Shown: piece by piece, positions 35,462 through 47,119 of the stretch
Position numbering within the stretch: the stretch's first letter is position 1
Layout: every line of letters begins with the position of its first letter
Assembly: GCA_036867785.1 (NCBI GenBank)
Contig: CP145425.1
Coordinates: 62,001-126,000, forward strand
Source: Plasmodiophora brassicae
Taxonomy: Eukaryota
Length of the DNA: 64,000 bases
Direction of reading: 5' to 3'
Notes under the pieces: generated by a model
What the model was told of the DNA's origin: nothing
What the model saw: only the letters and a program-made list of their open reading frames with translations
The model's database searches: none
Made by a program: the position numbers and the translations under genes

Positions 35462-37118
35462 ATGCCCTTCATGACGGTGACGTCGGACGAGGTCAACTAC
35501 CTGGTCTACAGGTACATGCTCGAATCCGGGTTCGTGCATTCCGCGTTCAGCTTCGGTAGGGGCGCGTTTGGTTGCGATGATGCCACGCGCGATCGTCCGA
35601 ATATGTGACGCCGCGCGTCTCCAGGGCACGAGAGCCACATCGCCAAGTCGAAGATCGGCGGGGGCGACGTGCCGGCGGGCGCCCTGGTCTCCTACCTGCA
35701 GAAGGGCCTGCAGCACACCGAGATCGAGTGCCACATCAACGAGGATGGCACCGAGACGCTCTGCGATGCGGCCTTCTCCCTGCTGACCCGGCACCAGTGC
35801 AGCGTGCGCTCCAAAGTCAAGCTGTTCGATCCGGACGGTGCGTGACGCGCTCCCGCCCCCTCCTCCCGTCTGACCCGCATGCGACAGTGCCGATCGACGA
35901 GGACTTTGGCGTGCTGGAGACCTCCCGGGATGCGATCTGCCATTACAGAGGCCACACGGACGTCGTCTTCACGTGCGCGTTTAATCCCGAAGGCATGTAC
36001 TGGGGGGACGCGCGCGATCTCGCCCGCGCGTCGTTCGCTGACGACCGCACGCAGGGACGCTGCTGGTGTCTGGGTGCCAGGACGGGACGGCGCGCCTATG
36101 GCTCAACGTGGACGATCCGTCTGCGTCGTCGACGTCGTCGCTGGCCCTGCTGGACAGGACGCCGTCCGCCAATGCGATCCTGCTGTCGGCGTGGAGCCCC
36201 GACGGGTCCATGTTCGCCCTGGCGGCCGTGTCCGGCGAGGGCTGGATCTGGACGGCCAAGGGGTCGCTGGTCAGCGCGCTGTCGGGCCATACGGGCCCGG
36301 TCTCCGGCCTGCGATGGGCGCCGTCCAGCGCCCTGCTGCTGACCTGCTCGCTGGACGAGTCCATCAACGTGTGGACGGCCAGCACCGGCAAGTTGCACTC
36401 AACGTACAAGACGCACGCGGGCGCCGTCCTCGACTGCGACTGGAACCCGTCGGGCGCCTCGTTCCTGTCGTGCTCGGTCGACACGACCATCGCCCTGCAC
36501 GAGACCCGGAACGGCAGCGGTGGGCACCCGACCGCCAGGCTGTTCAAGGGGCACACGCGCGACGTGAACTGCGTCAGGTGGAGCCCGGACGCGACGTTGT
36601 TCGCGTCCTGTTCCGACGACACGACCGTCAAGATATGGGATCCGAACGCGGACGACCCCGTTCACGACCTGCACGGCCATGGTCGCGACGTCTGTACGCT
36701 GGCATGGGTACGTGCGTCGTCGGCGCCGCCCGCCCGTTCGTGCGTGTCGGGTTGCTGATGCTCGTCGTGCCAGGCGACGACGACGACGACAACGCATGAC
36801 GGTACCAGGGCGTTGATCCTGGCGAGCGCCAGCTTCGACTGCACGGTCAGGATATGGTCGGCGGCGCGGGGCACGTGCCTGCTCGTCCTGTCGAAGCACC
36901 TGCACCCGGTGACGTCGGTGTCGTTCACGTCCGGCGGCGAGCACCTGGCGGCCAGCTCGCACGACCGCGTGTTCGTCTGGTCGGTCGGCGACGGCGCCCT
37001 GGTCAGGACGTACAAGGCGACCGGCGGCGTCAACTGCCTGTCCTGGCACGCGTCCGGCGAGCGCCTGGCCGTCGCCTGCGCTAATAATTCCCTCATAACA
37101 CTACGAGTCCGATCATAA
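35462..37118 (+). CDS. TBL1/Ebi/Sif2-family LisH + WD40 protein, multi-exon
   Basis: [51 protein letters not shown] and multiple WD repeats. Confidence 0.93.
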
Positions 37119-37215
37119 ATGCCCCAGTACAACAACCAGCCGCCGCCCCTGCCTGCCTGCCTGCGCTCGCGAACAGCACACAGACGGGCGATGGCGTTCG
37201 CCCAGGTGCCGCCTT

Positions 37216-38956
37216 TTAATCTGCCAGGGCGACCGACGACGACGGCGCCGCTTCCCGCTTGGTGAACACAGTGTCGCGAACGGACTCGAACACCTGTAGG
37301 CGTGCGAGTGTTCCGCGTCAGGCCCTGCTCTGCTGGGCCAGGCGCCGCTCCATATACCTTTTGTACGTCGTCGCCCGAGATGGCCGTCGTGAAGTACGTC
37401 GACAGCGTGCGCTTGCCGGGCGCGTCGCCCAGCTCCGCGAAGCAGGCCTGGCCGGCGTTCGTGTACTTGGCGGCCATGAACCGGCAGACGGAATCGGCGG
37501 ACCCGTTCCCGATGTAGTCGGTGACGTACTTGGAGAACGGGCGCGCTGCAAGCTTCTTCTCCAGCAGGTCCATCTTGTTGAAGAAGATGACGATCTACGT
37601 AGGTAGGGGCGGTGCCCCCCCAGGCATCAGGGGGCGGGCGCGTGGGCACTCACGCGAACGTCGGCGTACCCGTGCGTTACGAAGCGCCGGCGACCTGCAA
37701 ATGTCCTGGAACACGCGGAACGACTCCAGCCATCGCGGGACGTTGTTGTCCTGTGTGTGTGTGTGCATCGCCGGCCGGTCAGGACGAGCGCGCGTCCACG
37801 ATGTACCGCTGTACCTCGTAACACATGACGTCGTACTCCGCCAGCGACACGACGAAGATCACGACGCTCGCCTTCTCGAACTGCGATATCCTGGGCAACA
37901 ACGGTCCACGACGTCACTCCCGGTGGCAGAACCCCAGCAACGGTCGGTCGTTATGCAACCATTTCTTTCGCTCGGAGCGCTGCCCGCCGACGTCGACCAT
38001 TCGCAGCACTGCCGCCGGGCCGTCAGATTCGCACGATGGCACGACGCGTTCCCGCATCGCGCGTACCGTTGCCGTCGAACTCGATCTCCTGCTCGATGAT
38101 GCCGGTCGTCTTGATGCGCGCCCGCACGATGTCGTCGTCGGTGGGCTCCCAGCCCGGTTTCGCGATCGTGTCCAGCTGGCCGAAGAAGTACTCGCAGTGG
38201 TCGCCTAGGGCCCCGCTCGCCACCGTCAGTGCACCTCGCCGTCGCCGTTTGCGGTGCTGACACCGCTCACCCAGTTGCATCAGGTGCCGAACCTCCAGCA
38301 GCTGGGCACACACACACACAGAGTCAATGCCCCCGCCCCATGAGGACGTTGCCCCAGATGGTACCTTCGCGGTCAACGGGTCGTTCCAGATGAGTCTGAT
38401 GACGTCGAGCGCGTCGGCCCACAACTGGCCGTCTGGCGCGACGGGGTCCACGTTGGCACTGCTGCTGGCGTCGCCCTCGGGCGGGAACGGTTTCCTGGCG
38501 AGCAGCGTCGACAGGGACGCGCCCTGCAGGATGGCGCTGACCTTGTCGGACCAGACGAGGGGCTGGTCGGCGCTGCCCGTGATGGCGGCCGCCACCGACG
38601 GCAGCGCCGCGCCGCGTACGATCGTCATCGTGTCGTTCGCCAGCATCGCCATGATGCTCTCCCGCCAGACGTGCCGGTCGTGCGGCGAATGCGCAATGTG
38701 GTGGATCTGCTTCAGCGTCTTGAACAAGGTGCTCTGTGCGACCGGTGTCAGCGGACAAGGCGGCGCGTGCGACGACGACCACCATCAGCAGCCGGACCTT
38801 GCCGGATTCGCCGCATCCCAACAGGACGATCAGGCGCTGCTTCTCCGCTTTGGCTCTCTCGGCGGCGATCTGCTCGTCGACGGCCAGCTCGTGGACGCCG
38901 CTGGCCGGCGCCGGGTGCACCTGCGACGTTGGCGCGCCGCTGTAGCAGCAGTGCAT
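37216..38956 (-). CDS. Heterotrimeric G protein alpha subunit (paralogue 1), many introns
   Basis: LLGCGESGK|STLFK, RARIKTTGI, DVGGQRSERKKW, FFNKMDL, YFTTAI. Confidence 0.93.
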
Positions 38957-39115
38957 GGCGGCCCCAATGGCTACGTTGGCGGTGACGCGCCCGCCGCGAC
39001 GTCCAGATATTCACTGATCGTCGTCGAGTAGGTACCACCCCCCGCTCCAGGTGGTATACACATACACTGGGTAGGCATGCATTGCAGATATTCCTGGACC
39101 CGCAGGGGCGAGAGG

Positions 39116-41313
39116 CTAGAGGCATCGGCGCTCGACGACGCTCTGCAGGACGCCCTGCAGGGTCGGTTCGTACTCCTTGAGGGTGACGGACCCGTCCGCG
39201 TGCAGGAACGTGTTGCACTGGACGAACACCTTGCGCGGCTGTTTCTTGCTGAGGACGACGTCGCGGATGGGGAACCAGCACGGGTCGACGGCCGTCGCCG
39301 ACGTGTAGAACTGTGTCCCCCCGACGGCATCGGCGGTTGCTTTGTAGACCTGGAGCTTGCTGAGGAACGACGCCACCGCCGGGGCGCCGTGCGTCGCGAT
39401 CCGGTCCCGGTGCACGGTCAGCAGCAGGTCCGCCTCCTTCTCTAGGTGCTTGAGTTCGGCCAGGCCCGCCTCGAGGAACACGCGGAAGATCGCCCAGCGG
39501 GCCTGCATGTGCGCCTGGCCCCACTTCGCCGACGCCGGGTCGTAGAACTCCAGCGCGCTCAGCCCGGCCTTCGCCATCGACAGGAACCCGACGTACGACA
39601 CGTCGTCGCCATCCCGGCCGCCGTGCCCGAATATGCCCAGGACGTCCCTGTTCGACATCAGGTGCATGGCGACCGTCTCCGCTCGGCACTCCTCGTAGCT
39701 CGACGACAGGCCCTTGAAGGCCGACCCCCAGGTCTCGCCCGGCTTGTACCAGGTCCGCACCGGGCGCCCGTCGATCGGGTTCACCGTCGCCCGATCAAAG
39801 TTGAACGTCCCGATCGGGTCCTCCGTCAGCAACTTGCCGGATCCATGGCCGAGAAGCTCGTGGAGGCCGACCTGGATCTCGAACGCCGCCCCGCGATGCT
39901 TCTGGAACAGGGCCTTGTCGGCCTCCGACAGGAAGAAGACCTTCTCGGACGGGCTCGACGCGTTCAGGACGTTGCCGAGCGACACGTTCTTGAAGCCGAC
40001 CGTCTGGCGAATGTCGTCGTAGTTCGGGATGTTGATGCCGGCGGGCAGGCCACCCGTGGCGAACGACAGCACTTCGAGCGACGTGAAGTCGGGGCGGTGG
40101 AACACGTCCTTCTCGAAGGCGCGCGGCCAGGGCATCATCGCCAGGAACCGCTGGGCGTTCTCGACGAGGACGGCGAACTTGGCGGTCATGTCGGCGTTGA
40201 CGACGGCGACGAAGCCCTCCCATTCGGCGCGGACGCCGGCCGGGTCCCGGTACGTCTCGATGAAGCCGATGTTGGTCTCGACCGGCGGGCCGACGTCGCG
40301 AATCCAATGCACCTGCGACTGCTTGTGGTCGTCGATACTCCCCGACCGGAACGACTTCACGTAGCACTCGCACATGAGCCGTTCGTTGTCGTTGCCGGCG
40401 AACTCGACCGCCTGCTGCATCTCGCTGACGATGTCCGCCATCTCCTTGGCGAAGTCGCCGTACTGGACGCGAACGCTGATGCTGTTCCCGGTCAGCGTCT
40501 GATCCGGGCGCGTCTCCGCCGACGCGACGCGAAGGTCGAACGCGTTCGGACCCGCCCGGAACAGGCGCGTGTTCAGCGCGGATATGCCACTGGCGTCCAG
40601 CAGCGTCTGGACCGCCTCGACATCGGAACGCGACACGTCCGACGAGTAGAACCCGCTGACGTGGCCGTCGGCGGGGAACCCGATGCGGCGAATCGGTTCC
40701 GGGTCCAGCGAATAGATCACGGATTTCAGGCGGGCGAACGCGTCGCGGGCGGCGCCCGACCCCGACGCCGCCACGACCTTCTCGAACGAGGCAACGGGCA
40801 GGCGCGGCACGAACTTGGTGTCGCCGAACGACTTGTACGGGCCGAGGTTGGACAGCGTGCAGACGGCGTACTCCAGGAACCACTGGAACTCGCCGGCGGA
40901 CACGCCGCTGCAGTCCCGCAGTTTCGTCAAGTCGCGGCATGCGCCGGTCGGCCCGGTGACCGCGTCGACCAGCATGCGGCAGATCGCGGGCGATTCGTGC
41001 GACAGCTGCGCGGCGACGACCCTGTTGGGACAGAGAGCGTGTCAGTTCGCGCGCGCTGGCCGCCGCCCGGGACTCGCATCACAAACCGCGCTCCGTGCCA
41101 GGACGCCCGCGCCAGATGGTGCGCGTACCGCTGCTGCCGCGGCGTCAGCGACGCGAAGTGCTTGCCGACCGCCAGCTGAACAACGGGCACGTTCTCATCC
41201 GCCAGGTACTCCGTCATCGGGCGGGCGACGCTGATCGACGAGTAAGCCCGGCGACGTCGGCCTAAAATAGGCAAGGGACGCGACGACAGCAAGGCGCGCG
41301 CGCGCCAATGCAT
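39116..41313 (-). CDS. DPP3: Dipeptidyl peptidase III (peptidase M49); second in-frame ATG at 41217
   Basis: HELLGHGSGKL, EECRAE, GFIETYRDPAG, AGINIPNYDDIRQ, WGQAHMQAR. Confidence 0.97.
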
Positions 41314-41482
41314 TTTGCTTCGGAGCAATGGGCGCCGCCCCGCGCACCTGATACAGTCACGCCCGCGTTTGTTTTTAGCCGCACCGTCTTGGCCTACGAC
41401 GTACACCAGTCGCAACTGCACGGGAGGTGGCACTGGCGTGGTGGTACGTCGACGGTGTAACAGCCATTCGGGTTTTGGCTGG

Positions 41483-42356
41483 ATGGCGACGCGGTCGTCG
41501 GCGTTGGCGGATGACGTCGTCGGCCGGGCGTTGCAGGGGGCGGCCAGCGTTGCGGAGCAGCGCGCCGGCAGCATCGGGCGCCTGCGGCGGCGGGCGTCGC
41601 GGTTGGAGAAGCAGGCGGACGCGTTGCAGGCGGAGACCGATGTCATACGCCGGGGCAATGACCGCCTGATGCAGGTCGTTCGCGGCGGGGTGGACAGGAT
41701 CGCAATGACCAGGGTCGAGATCGACGCCGAGTACGGGCTGGCAGGGGTCGCCGACGACCTGCAGCGCGCCATCGACGAGGCCGACCGCGTCCTCGCCGAT
41801 GCCGAAACGAGGCTTGCGTCAGAACGTCACCAGCTCGCCCTGCAATCGTCGACGCACGACGAGCAGGTCGCTGACGCCAAGGGCGCTGAGATGAGCCGGG
41901 TCGCCCATCTCGAGGAACTCAAGCGCAAAGGTGATCTGTGCGACGATTATTCTATGTTGTGGAGAGGGTTTCTTGACAATCCCCCCCTTGCCTGATCCGC
42001 GCAGTGGCCGCCGTTACTGATGAGATCGCTGCCGTCAAGGCGCAGAACAGTAAAGACCTACAAGACATCAGCGGCGAGGTGCGGCAGCGCCGTGCGTTCG
42101 TCGTGTCGGAACTTATATGCTGACAAACTTGGCGGGAACGCAGTTTCAGAAGCGCATGCAGGACATCGAGCACGACATGGTGTCGTTGTCCGGCGGTGCT
42201 GAACTCCAGCTGCGCCGCAAGCTGATGGCGCTGACCAAGGAGAACCAGCAGCTCCAGTCGCAGATCGCGTCGCTGACGTCGAAGATCGACCATGCCAACC
42301 ACCATCCGGCACCGCGGCGTCGTAAGCGCCCGCTGACGGTCACCGGGAGCCTATAA
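41483..42356 (+). CDS. Coiled-coil hypothetical protein, 3 exons
   Basis: Heptad-rich ORF segments joined by short GT-AG introns; basic C-terminus RRRKRP. Confidence 0.65.
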
Positions 42357-42426
42357 CGACCCGCCCCACACGCCACACGTCGCTAGCGAATGACGCTGCG
42401 TAGTGGTCGAACCTGCCTGCGACGAG

Positions 42427-44406
42427 CTACGAGTTTGGATGATGTACTGATTCGTCGACGAAACTGGTCACAATCCCTGGCCATTGCCGATCCATGGATG
42501 CGAACGCTCTTTGGCGGCCGATCACGGCACCAACCAGGTCGGCCGTGTCGGATCTCCTTCTCGACCGCTCCGCGGGTCGCTGCACGGCCCTGACGATATC
42601 GTCCACCAACGTCCGCGCCCGGTGAGCCTGTTCGTCGTCAGCGGCCGGCAGGATCATCGTCGGCGGGCAGAACCCCTGCACGCGTCGAATGCTCTCGGTT
42701 TTCCACAGCGATTTCAGCGGTTCGAACCGCGCTAGGGCGTGGCTGCGCGTGTCGGCCGCGACCGCGTTCCCATTGGTCCGCTCCAGCGTTGGGACCCGGA
42801 ACAGCAAATACTGACGGTAGTTCGGCTGCTGCTCGACGATCGGATTGAACGCGATGTCGATATCCGTCAGGTTGGCGAACACGGACAGCGTGTCGAGCTG
42901 GTAGAACGTGTGCAGGTCGTTGTTGTGGAACAGCAGCGACCGCAGCGCTGGGAACGCGTCCCGAACCGACGCAAAGTACGCCGCGCATTCGTTGAAGTCG
43001 ACGTAATGGAACGCGATCGCCCGCACCGTCGAGCACCTGTTCGTGATCAGCGCGTCCAGGCACGGGCCGTACAGGCTCAGCTGCGTCTTCTTCGCCAGCA
43101 CCTCGTGATAGACCGCGTCCGGGCGCCGGTGCGTTCTCTGGTTCCACGCCGCCTTCACCGCCTGGATCAGATCGCCACGTTCGACGGCAAGCGGGATGGA
43201 AGGCGCCTGCCGCGATGGAGGCGGCGGTTGGGCCGCCTGCAGGAACAGCTGCCGGTACTGGTCGCCGTTGGACGCACCGCCGGATTGGACCTGCGGTGCA
43301 GGCGCCTGCGCTGGCCGCTGTGCGCTCATCAGCAACTTCATCGTGGAGAACATTCGCCGCTCATCCGGCCCGATCCGCTTGCCGTCCAGGATGCGCAGCG
43401 CGGGGAACTGATCCAGGACCATCTGCCTGTAGAACGGGTTGCTGTCGTCGGCGACCGGGTTGCCATCGAGCGACAGCTCGGTCAGCGACCGCAGACGGGA
43501 CAGGATCTCGATCGACGGCATCGACGACAGGTTGTTGTGCGACATGAAGACACGGGACAGGGCCTGCAGCGCCAGCAGGCTGCCGTCGAGCACCTGGATC
43601 CGGTTGCGCCGCAGGTTCAGCTCCGTCAGCGACGTCAGCCTGGCGATGTTGTCGACGACCTGGATGGCGTTGCCGGCCAGGTTCAGGACGCGCAGGTCGC
43701 GCAGCGCGTCCAGGCCGGACATCTCCTCGACCAGGTTCGAGTGCAGGTCCAGGACGTCCAGCTTCAGCAGCGTCGACAGGTTGTCGATCCGCCGGATGCG
43801 GTTCTTGCCCAGCATCAGGACGCGGAGCGTCGGCAGGCAGTCCAGGCCGCCGATCTGCGCGATCTGGTTGTTGTACAGGTCGAGGAAGATCAGGTTCGTC
43901 AGCGTGTGCAGGTTGCTGATCTGCGTGATGGCGTTGTTCTCCAGGTTCAGCAGGCGCAGGCGCGATTCGTCATGCAGGATCGGGCAGGACGTCAGGTTCC
44001 GCCGGTCCAGGTTCAACCGTTCCGGGTTCGCCTCGCGGACGCCCGCATGGCGGAACACGAGCGTGCAATGCGGGCGCTTGGGGTCGGCGGCGATCACGAT
44101 GCCATCGGCGGGCGGCGCATCGCCCGTCGGTTCGGCGGCGCACGACGGCGTTGCCGGACGCTGGCTGGCGCCGGACGAGGGGCGCGAAGGCGGTTTCGCG
44201 GGGCGATTGCGCACGGCGGCCATGGCGGACGACGGCCGAGGCGGGCAACTGCCCAGGCGAGGGCGGGCGCGGGCGCCGCCGCCGGGCGGCGCCGGGGCCG
44301 CCGTGCGCAGGGCGGACACGACGAGCCAGTCATTGCCCCAGACGGATATGTCGCGGGCGCGGCGACCCGGGCGCGATCCCGACGACGACGACGGCCGCGA
44401 CGACAT
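42427..44406 (-). CDS. LRRC49: Leucine-rich repeat protein LRRC49-like (SDS22-type LRRs)
   Basis: RLNLDRRNLTSCPIL...LIFLDLYNNQI...LRVLMLGKNRI...LDVLDLHSN; second LRR cluster at the C-terminus. Confidence 0.85.
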   Translation of the reverse strand: MSSRPSSSSGSRPGRRARDISVWGNDWLVVSALRTAAPAPPGGGARARPRLGSCPPRPSSAMAAVRNRPAKPPSRPSSGASQRPATPSCAAEPTGDAPPADGIVIAADPKRPHCTLVFRHAGVREANPERLNLDRRNLTSCPILHDESRLRLLNLENNAITQISNLHTLTNLIFLDLYNNQIAQIGGLDCLPTLRVLMLGKNRIRRIDNLSTLLKLDVLDLHSNLVEEMSGLDALRDLRVLNLAGNAIQVVDNIARLTSLTELNLRRNRIQVLDGSLLALQALSRVFMSHNNLSSMPSIEILSRLRSLTELSLDGNPVADDSNPFYRQMVLDQFPALRILDGKRIGPDERRMFSTMKLLMSAQRPAQAPAPQVQSGGASNGDQYRQLFLQAAQPPPPSRQAPSIPLAVERGDLIQAVKAAWNQRTHRRPDAVYHEVLAKKTQLSLYGPCLDALITNRCSTVRAIAFHYVDFNECAAYFASVRDAFPALRSLLFHNNDLHTFYQLDTLSVFANLTDIDIAFNPIVEQQPNYRQYLLFRVPTLERTNGNAVAADTRSHALARFEPLKSLWKTESIRRVQGFCPPTMILPAADDEQAHRARTLVDDIVRAVQRPAERSRRRSDTADLVGAVIGRQRAFASMDRQWPGIVTSFVDESVHHPNS

Positions 44407-44770
44407 GGGCTTGACGGGGGCCGATCGGTTCACCGGCCCATCATATAGACGGGTGGGCGTACGGCAGCGCTCCCGAGTCGGACTGTGGGGACAACAGCGG
44501 CTGCTGTTACATGCGACTCGACACGTCCCGTGAGCGACGAAAAATGGGGCCACCCCACACACACACGCACAATACACACACACACGCCACGTCGTCCAAC
44601 CCGGATTTTGCCGACACCAAAAACGACGGTTCGCAAACCGGTTCCACTGGACCTACCCAGTAAACCGGTTCGAACCGGTTTGCTCGAACGTCGGCTCACG
44701 GTTGCTGGCTGGAAACCAAACCGCTCCCCGGTACCTCCATACTACGCGGTGATTCAAGGAACCGATGTCT

Positions 44771-45784
44771 TTATTCGTCGACAGTCAGTCTCCACAGGCG
44801 GATCCGTTTGTCGTAGAAGGAGCAGGACGCGATGAGGTCGGGGGTGGTCGGGTCCCTGCACCAGTCGCACCCGTAGGCGATGCTGTCGTCCCGTTCGCGC
44901 AGGCTGGCAACTGGGCGAATGCGGGCGCCGGTTGCGGAGACGACGGCGAATCCGTTGTGCATGTTCGCGCACAGGAGCAGGTCCCTGAACTCGTCGATGT
45001 CATACGACGGGTGCCATTTCAGGCACCAGACACCGCCGCCGGCTTCGTATGACGCCATCGGCCCCTTCATGCTGCGCGTATCCCACAACCGGACCGTTTC
45101 GTCGTACGACCCGCTGGCGAGCACGTTCGGCCGGCATGGGTGGCTGGCGAGGCTCGTGACGCCCATGGTGTGCCCCGTACAGTGCAGGACGCAGTCAGGG
45201 GCGCGGACGTCCCACGAGCGCAACGAACAGTCGTCCGCCCCTGAATAGACAACACACTCGTCATGCTTGTCGAAAGCGCACGTCCACGCTTCCAGGTCAT
45301 GGGCACGCCACTGTCGCTGCTCGGCCAGGGTGGGCCAATCGAGTACCGATACGCAGCCGGAACTGGACGCGCAAGCAAGGCGATCCCGGCGGATGTCAAC
45401 GGAGGTCGCCATCGCATCGGAACAGATCCGGGCCGACCCTCTCCGCGTGGCATTGTTCCTCGAGTAGACGTGGACGTGACCGTCGGTGGCAGCCTCGACA
45501 ATGGACTGGCCGTCGGGCGACCACGCCAGGTCGAAGACGGCGGACGACGATGCCCTCCAGACGCGCGACAGTTCGACGGGTCCGGCGTCGTCGTCTTCGG
45601 ACGACGTGTGGAATGCGAACCGATAGGTGCCGCCATGGCGAGTGCCGTCCTTCTCTAGCTCGTACGTCCCACACGCCAACACGGACACGGGGTCCCCCTC
45701 ATCCCAGGGCGCGAACGCGATCACGTCCGTACACAGATCCGCGTCGATCTGCACCAGCGGCAACGCGTTGCTGGCAATCGGCAT
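44771..45784 (-). CDS. DPH7: Diphthine methylesterase DPH7 (WDR85)
   Basis: ACGTYEL, AHDLEAW, YSGADD, SGSYDE, GGGVWCLKWHP, MHNGF, SIAYGCDW, SCSFYD. Confidence 0.93.
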   Translation of the reverse strand: MPIASNALPLVQIDADLCTDVIAFAPWDEGDPVSVLACGTYELEKDGTRHGGTYRFAFHTSSEDDDAGPVELSRVWRASSSAVFDLAWSPDGQSIVEAATDGHVHVYSRNNATRRGSARICSDAMATSVDIRRDRLACASSSGCVSVLDWPTLAEQRQWRAHDLEAWTCAFDKHDECVVYSGADDCSLRSWDVRAPDCVLHCTGHTMGVTSLASHPCRPNVLASGSYDETVRLWDTRSMKGPMASYEAGGGVWCLKWHPSYDIDEFRDLLLCANMHNGFAVVSATGARIRPVASLRERDDSIAYGCDWCRDPTTPDLIASCSFYDKRIRLWRLTVDE

Positions 45785-46046
45785 CGCGCTATTTCTGTTC
45801 TTGCCTGTTCCGTCCCGCGTGGGCGGCACCCGAGTCGATCGGCGACGGGTCGACCGCACTGGCTGCTGGTGGAGCCGATGCACCGACTGCGAACCGGAGC
45901 AGTGACACTAACGCTGGCAAGGATAGGCTTGTACCACTGCGTTTCCAGTCGACACCGAGGCCTTGCGTGCTGCGTGAACAGGACAGATTGTCCGCCGCGG
46001 ACTTCGTCGCGGTGTCGCACACCACCAGACGGCATCGTGGTCGTCC

Positions 46047-46511
46047 ATGAACTTCTGTGCGGAATGGTCTGGGCCGCGTCAGGTGACGGATGGCGCCCGC
46101 ACGCTGACGGGTGCACGTGTGTGTAGTAATAACCTATTGTATCCGTACGAGAACCGGCGCGAGCGCCAGCTGCAGTACCGATGCAAGCACTGCCAGCACC
46201 TGGAGACGGCGTCGACGAGCTGTGTGTACTCGAACCATATCGCGACAAAGAACGCAAGGTTAGGGAATCGCGCTGGCATCGCGGATCGGCAAGTGACGTC
46301 TGACCCGCGTTCACTGTTCCTGTACAGTGTTACTGTCAATCGCGACGTTGTTCAGGATCCGACCCTCCCGCGCCTGACGGATGTATCGTGCCCGTTCTGC
46401 GCCTACACCGAAGCGGTGTACATGACCGCCGGTACGGGCCGCGATGACGCCATGAAGCTCATCCTCGTGTGCTGCAATCGGGACTGCGGCCGGGCGTACA
46501 CCCAGTATTAG
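46047..46511 (+). CDS. RPB9: RNA polymerase II subunit RPB9, 3 exons
   Basis: MNFCAEC|NNLLYP..CKHC; DPTLPR..CPFC..EAVY..MKLILVCCNRDC. Confidence 0.95.
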   Translation: MNFCAEWSGPRQVTDGARTLTGARVCSNNLLYPYENRRERQLQYRCKHCQHLETASTSCVYSNHIATKNARLGNRAGIADRQVTSDPRSLFLYSVTVNRDVVQDPTLPRLTDVSCPFCAYTEAVYMTAGTGRDDAMKLILVCCNRDCGRAYTQY

Positions 46512-47119
46512 TCATGTCGTGTGCAATATATGCTGCTGCACAGCATTGCCCCAATGCGTCCGCGGGTCAGCTGGTTGATCAGGCGCCCGCAGCACCTCGA
46601 ACCTTGTGCATTAAGAACATGCAACGGGGACACCGCGCATTGGCAACGATTTCAGCCGGCATCCAGGGCACCGGCGGCGCCCAGCGGTTTTACCTGCTTC
46701 GAGTTCACGACTGCGCATGACATCGCGCCCCACATCGGGCGCTTCCGAAGGCAGCGAACGTTGGCCGAGACATGGGCAATTCGCGTGTCCACGCGTCGAA
46801 ACGTTTCCCAGCGGTCACGAGCTGGCGAAACCGCCCACCCGAGATGTCAACGCGTCGTAACAGACACCGGGCCAACGGAATCGGTTGCCGTCAAGCGCAC
46901 TCGTCCAACGTTGTCGACAGCGGAAACGGTGCGCATTGTGGCTACCTTCGCTTCGCACAACTGGATACGGCGAGTGCTCCCACAGCGATTGTGGCATCGC
47001 GCGGCAACTAGATTCTAGCATTGACGACGTCAGCGCGGAGCATGCTCAATGAGGAGCTCGGTCAAGAAACAGGTCCAGGGGAACCGCACTGCCAATCGAC
47101 GGTGCGAGAACTGTGTTCA

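Noticed and set aside
39446-41179. 577-aa plus-strand ORF opposite DPP3 (likewise 42739-44448, 7407-8606 and 58205-59326)
   Set aside because: Shadow ORFs produced by high GC3 codon bias of the real gene; no recognisable motifs
46521-47018. 165-aa ORF between RPB9 and the isoprenoid-synthase-like gene
   Set aside because: Non-ATG start, no motifs, composition typical of a spurious GC-rich frame
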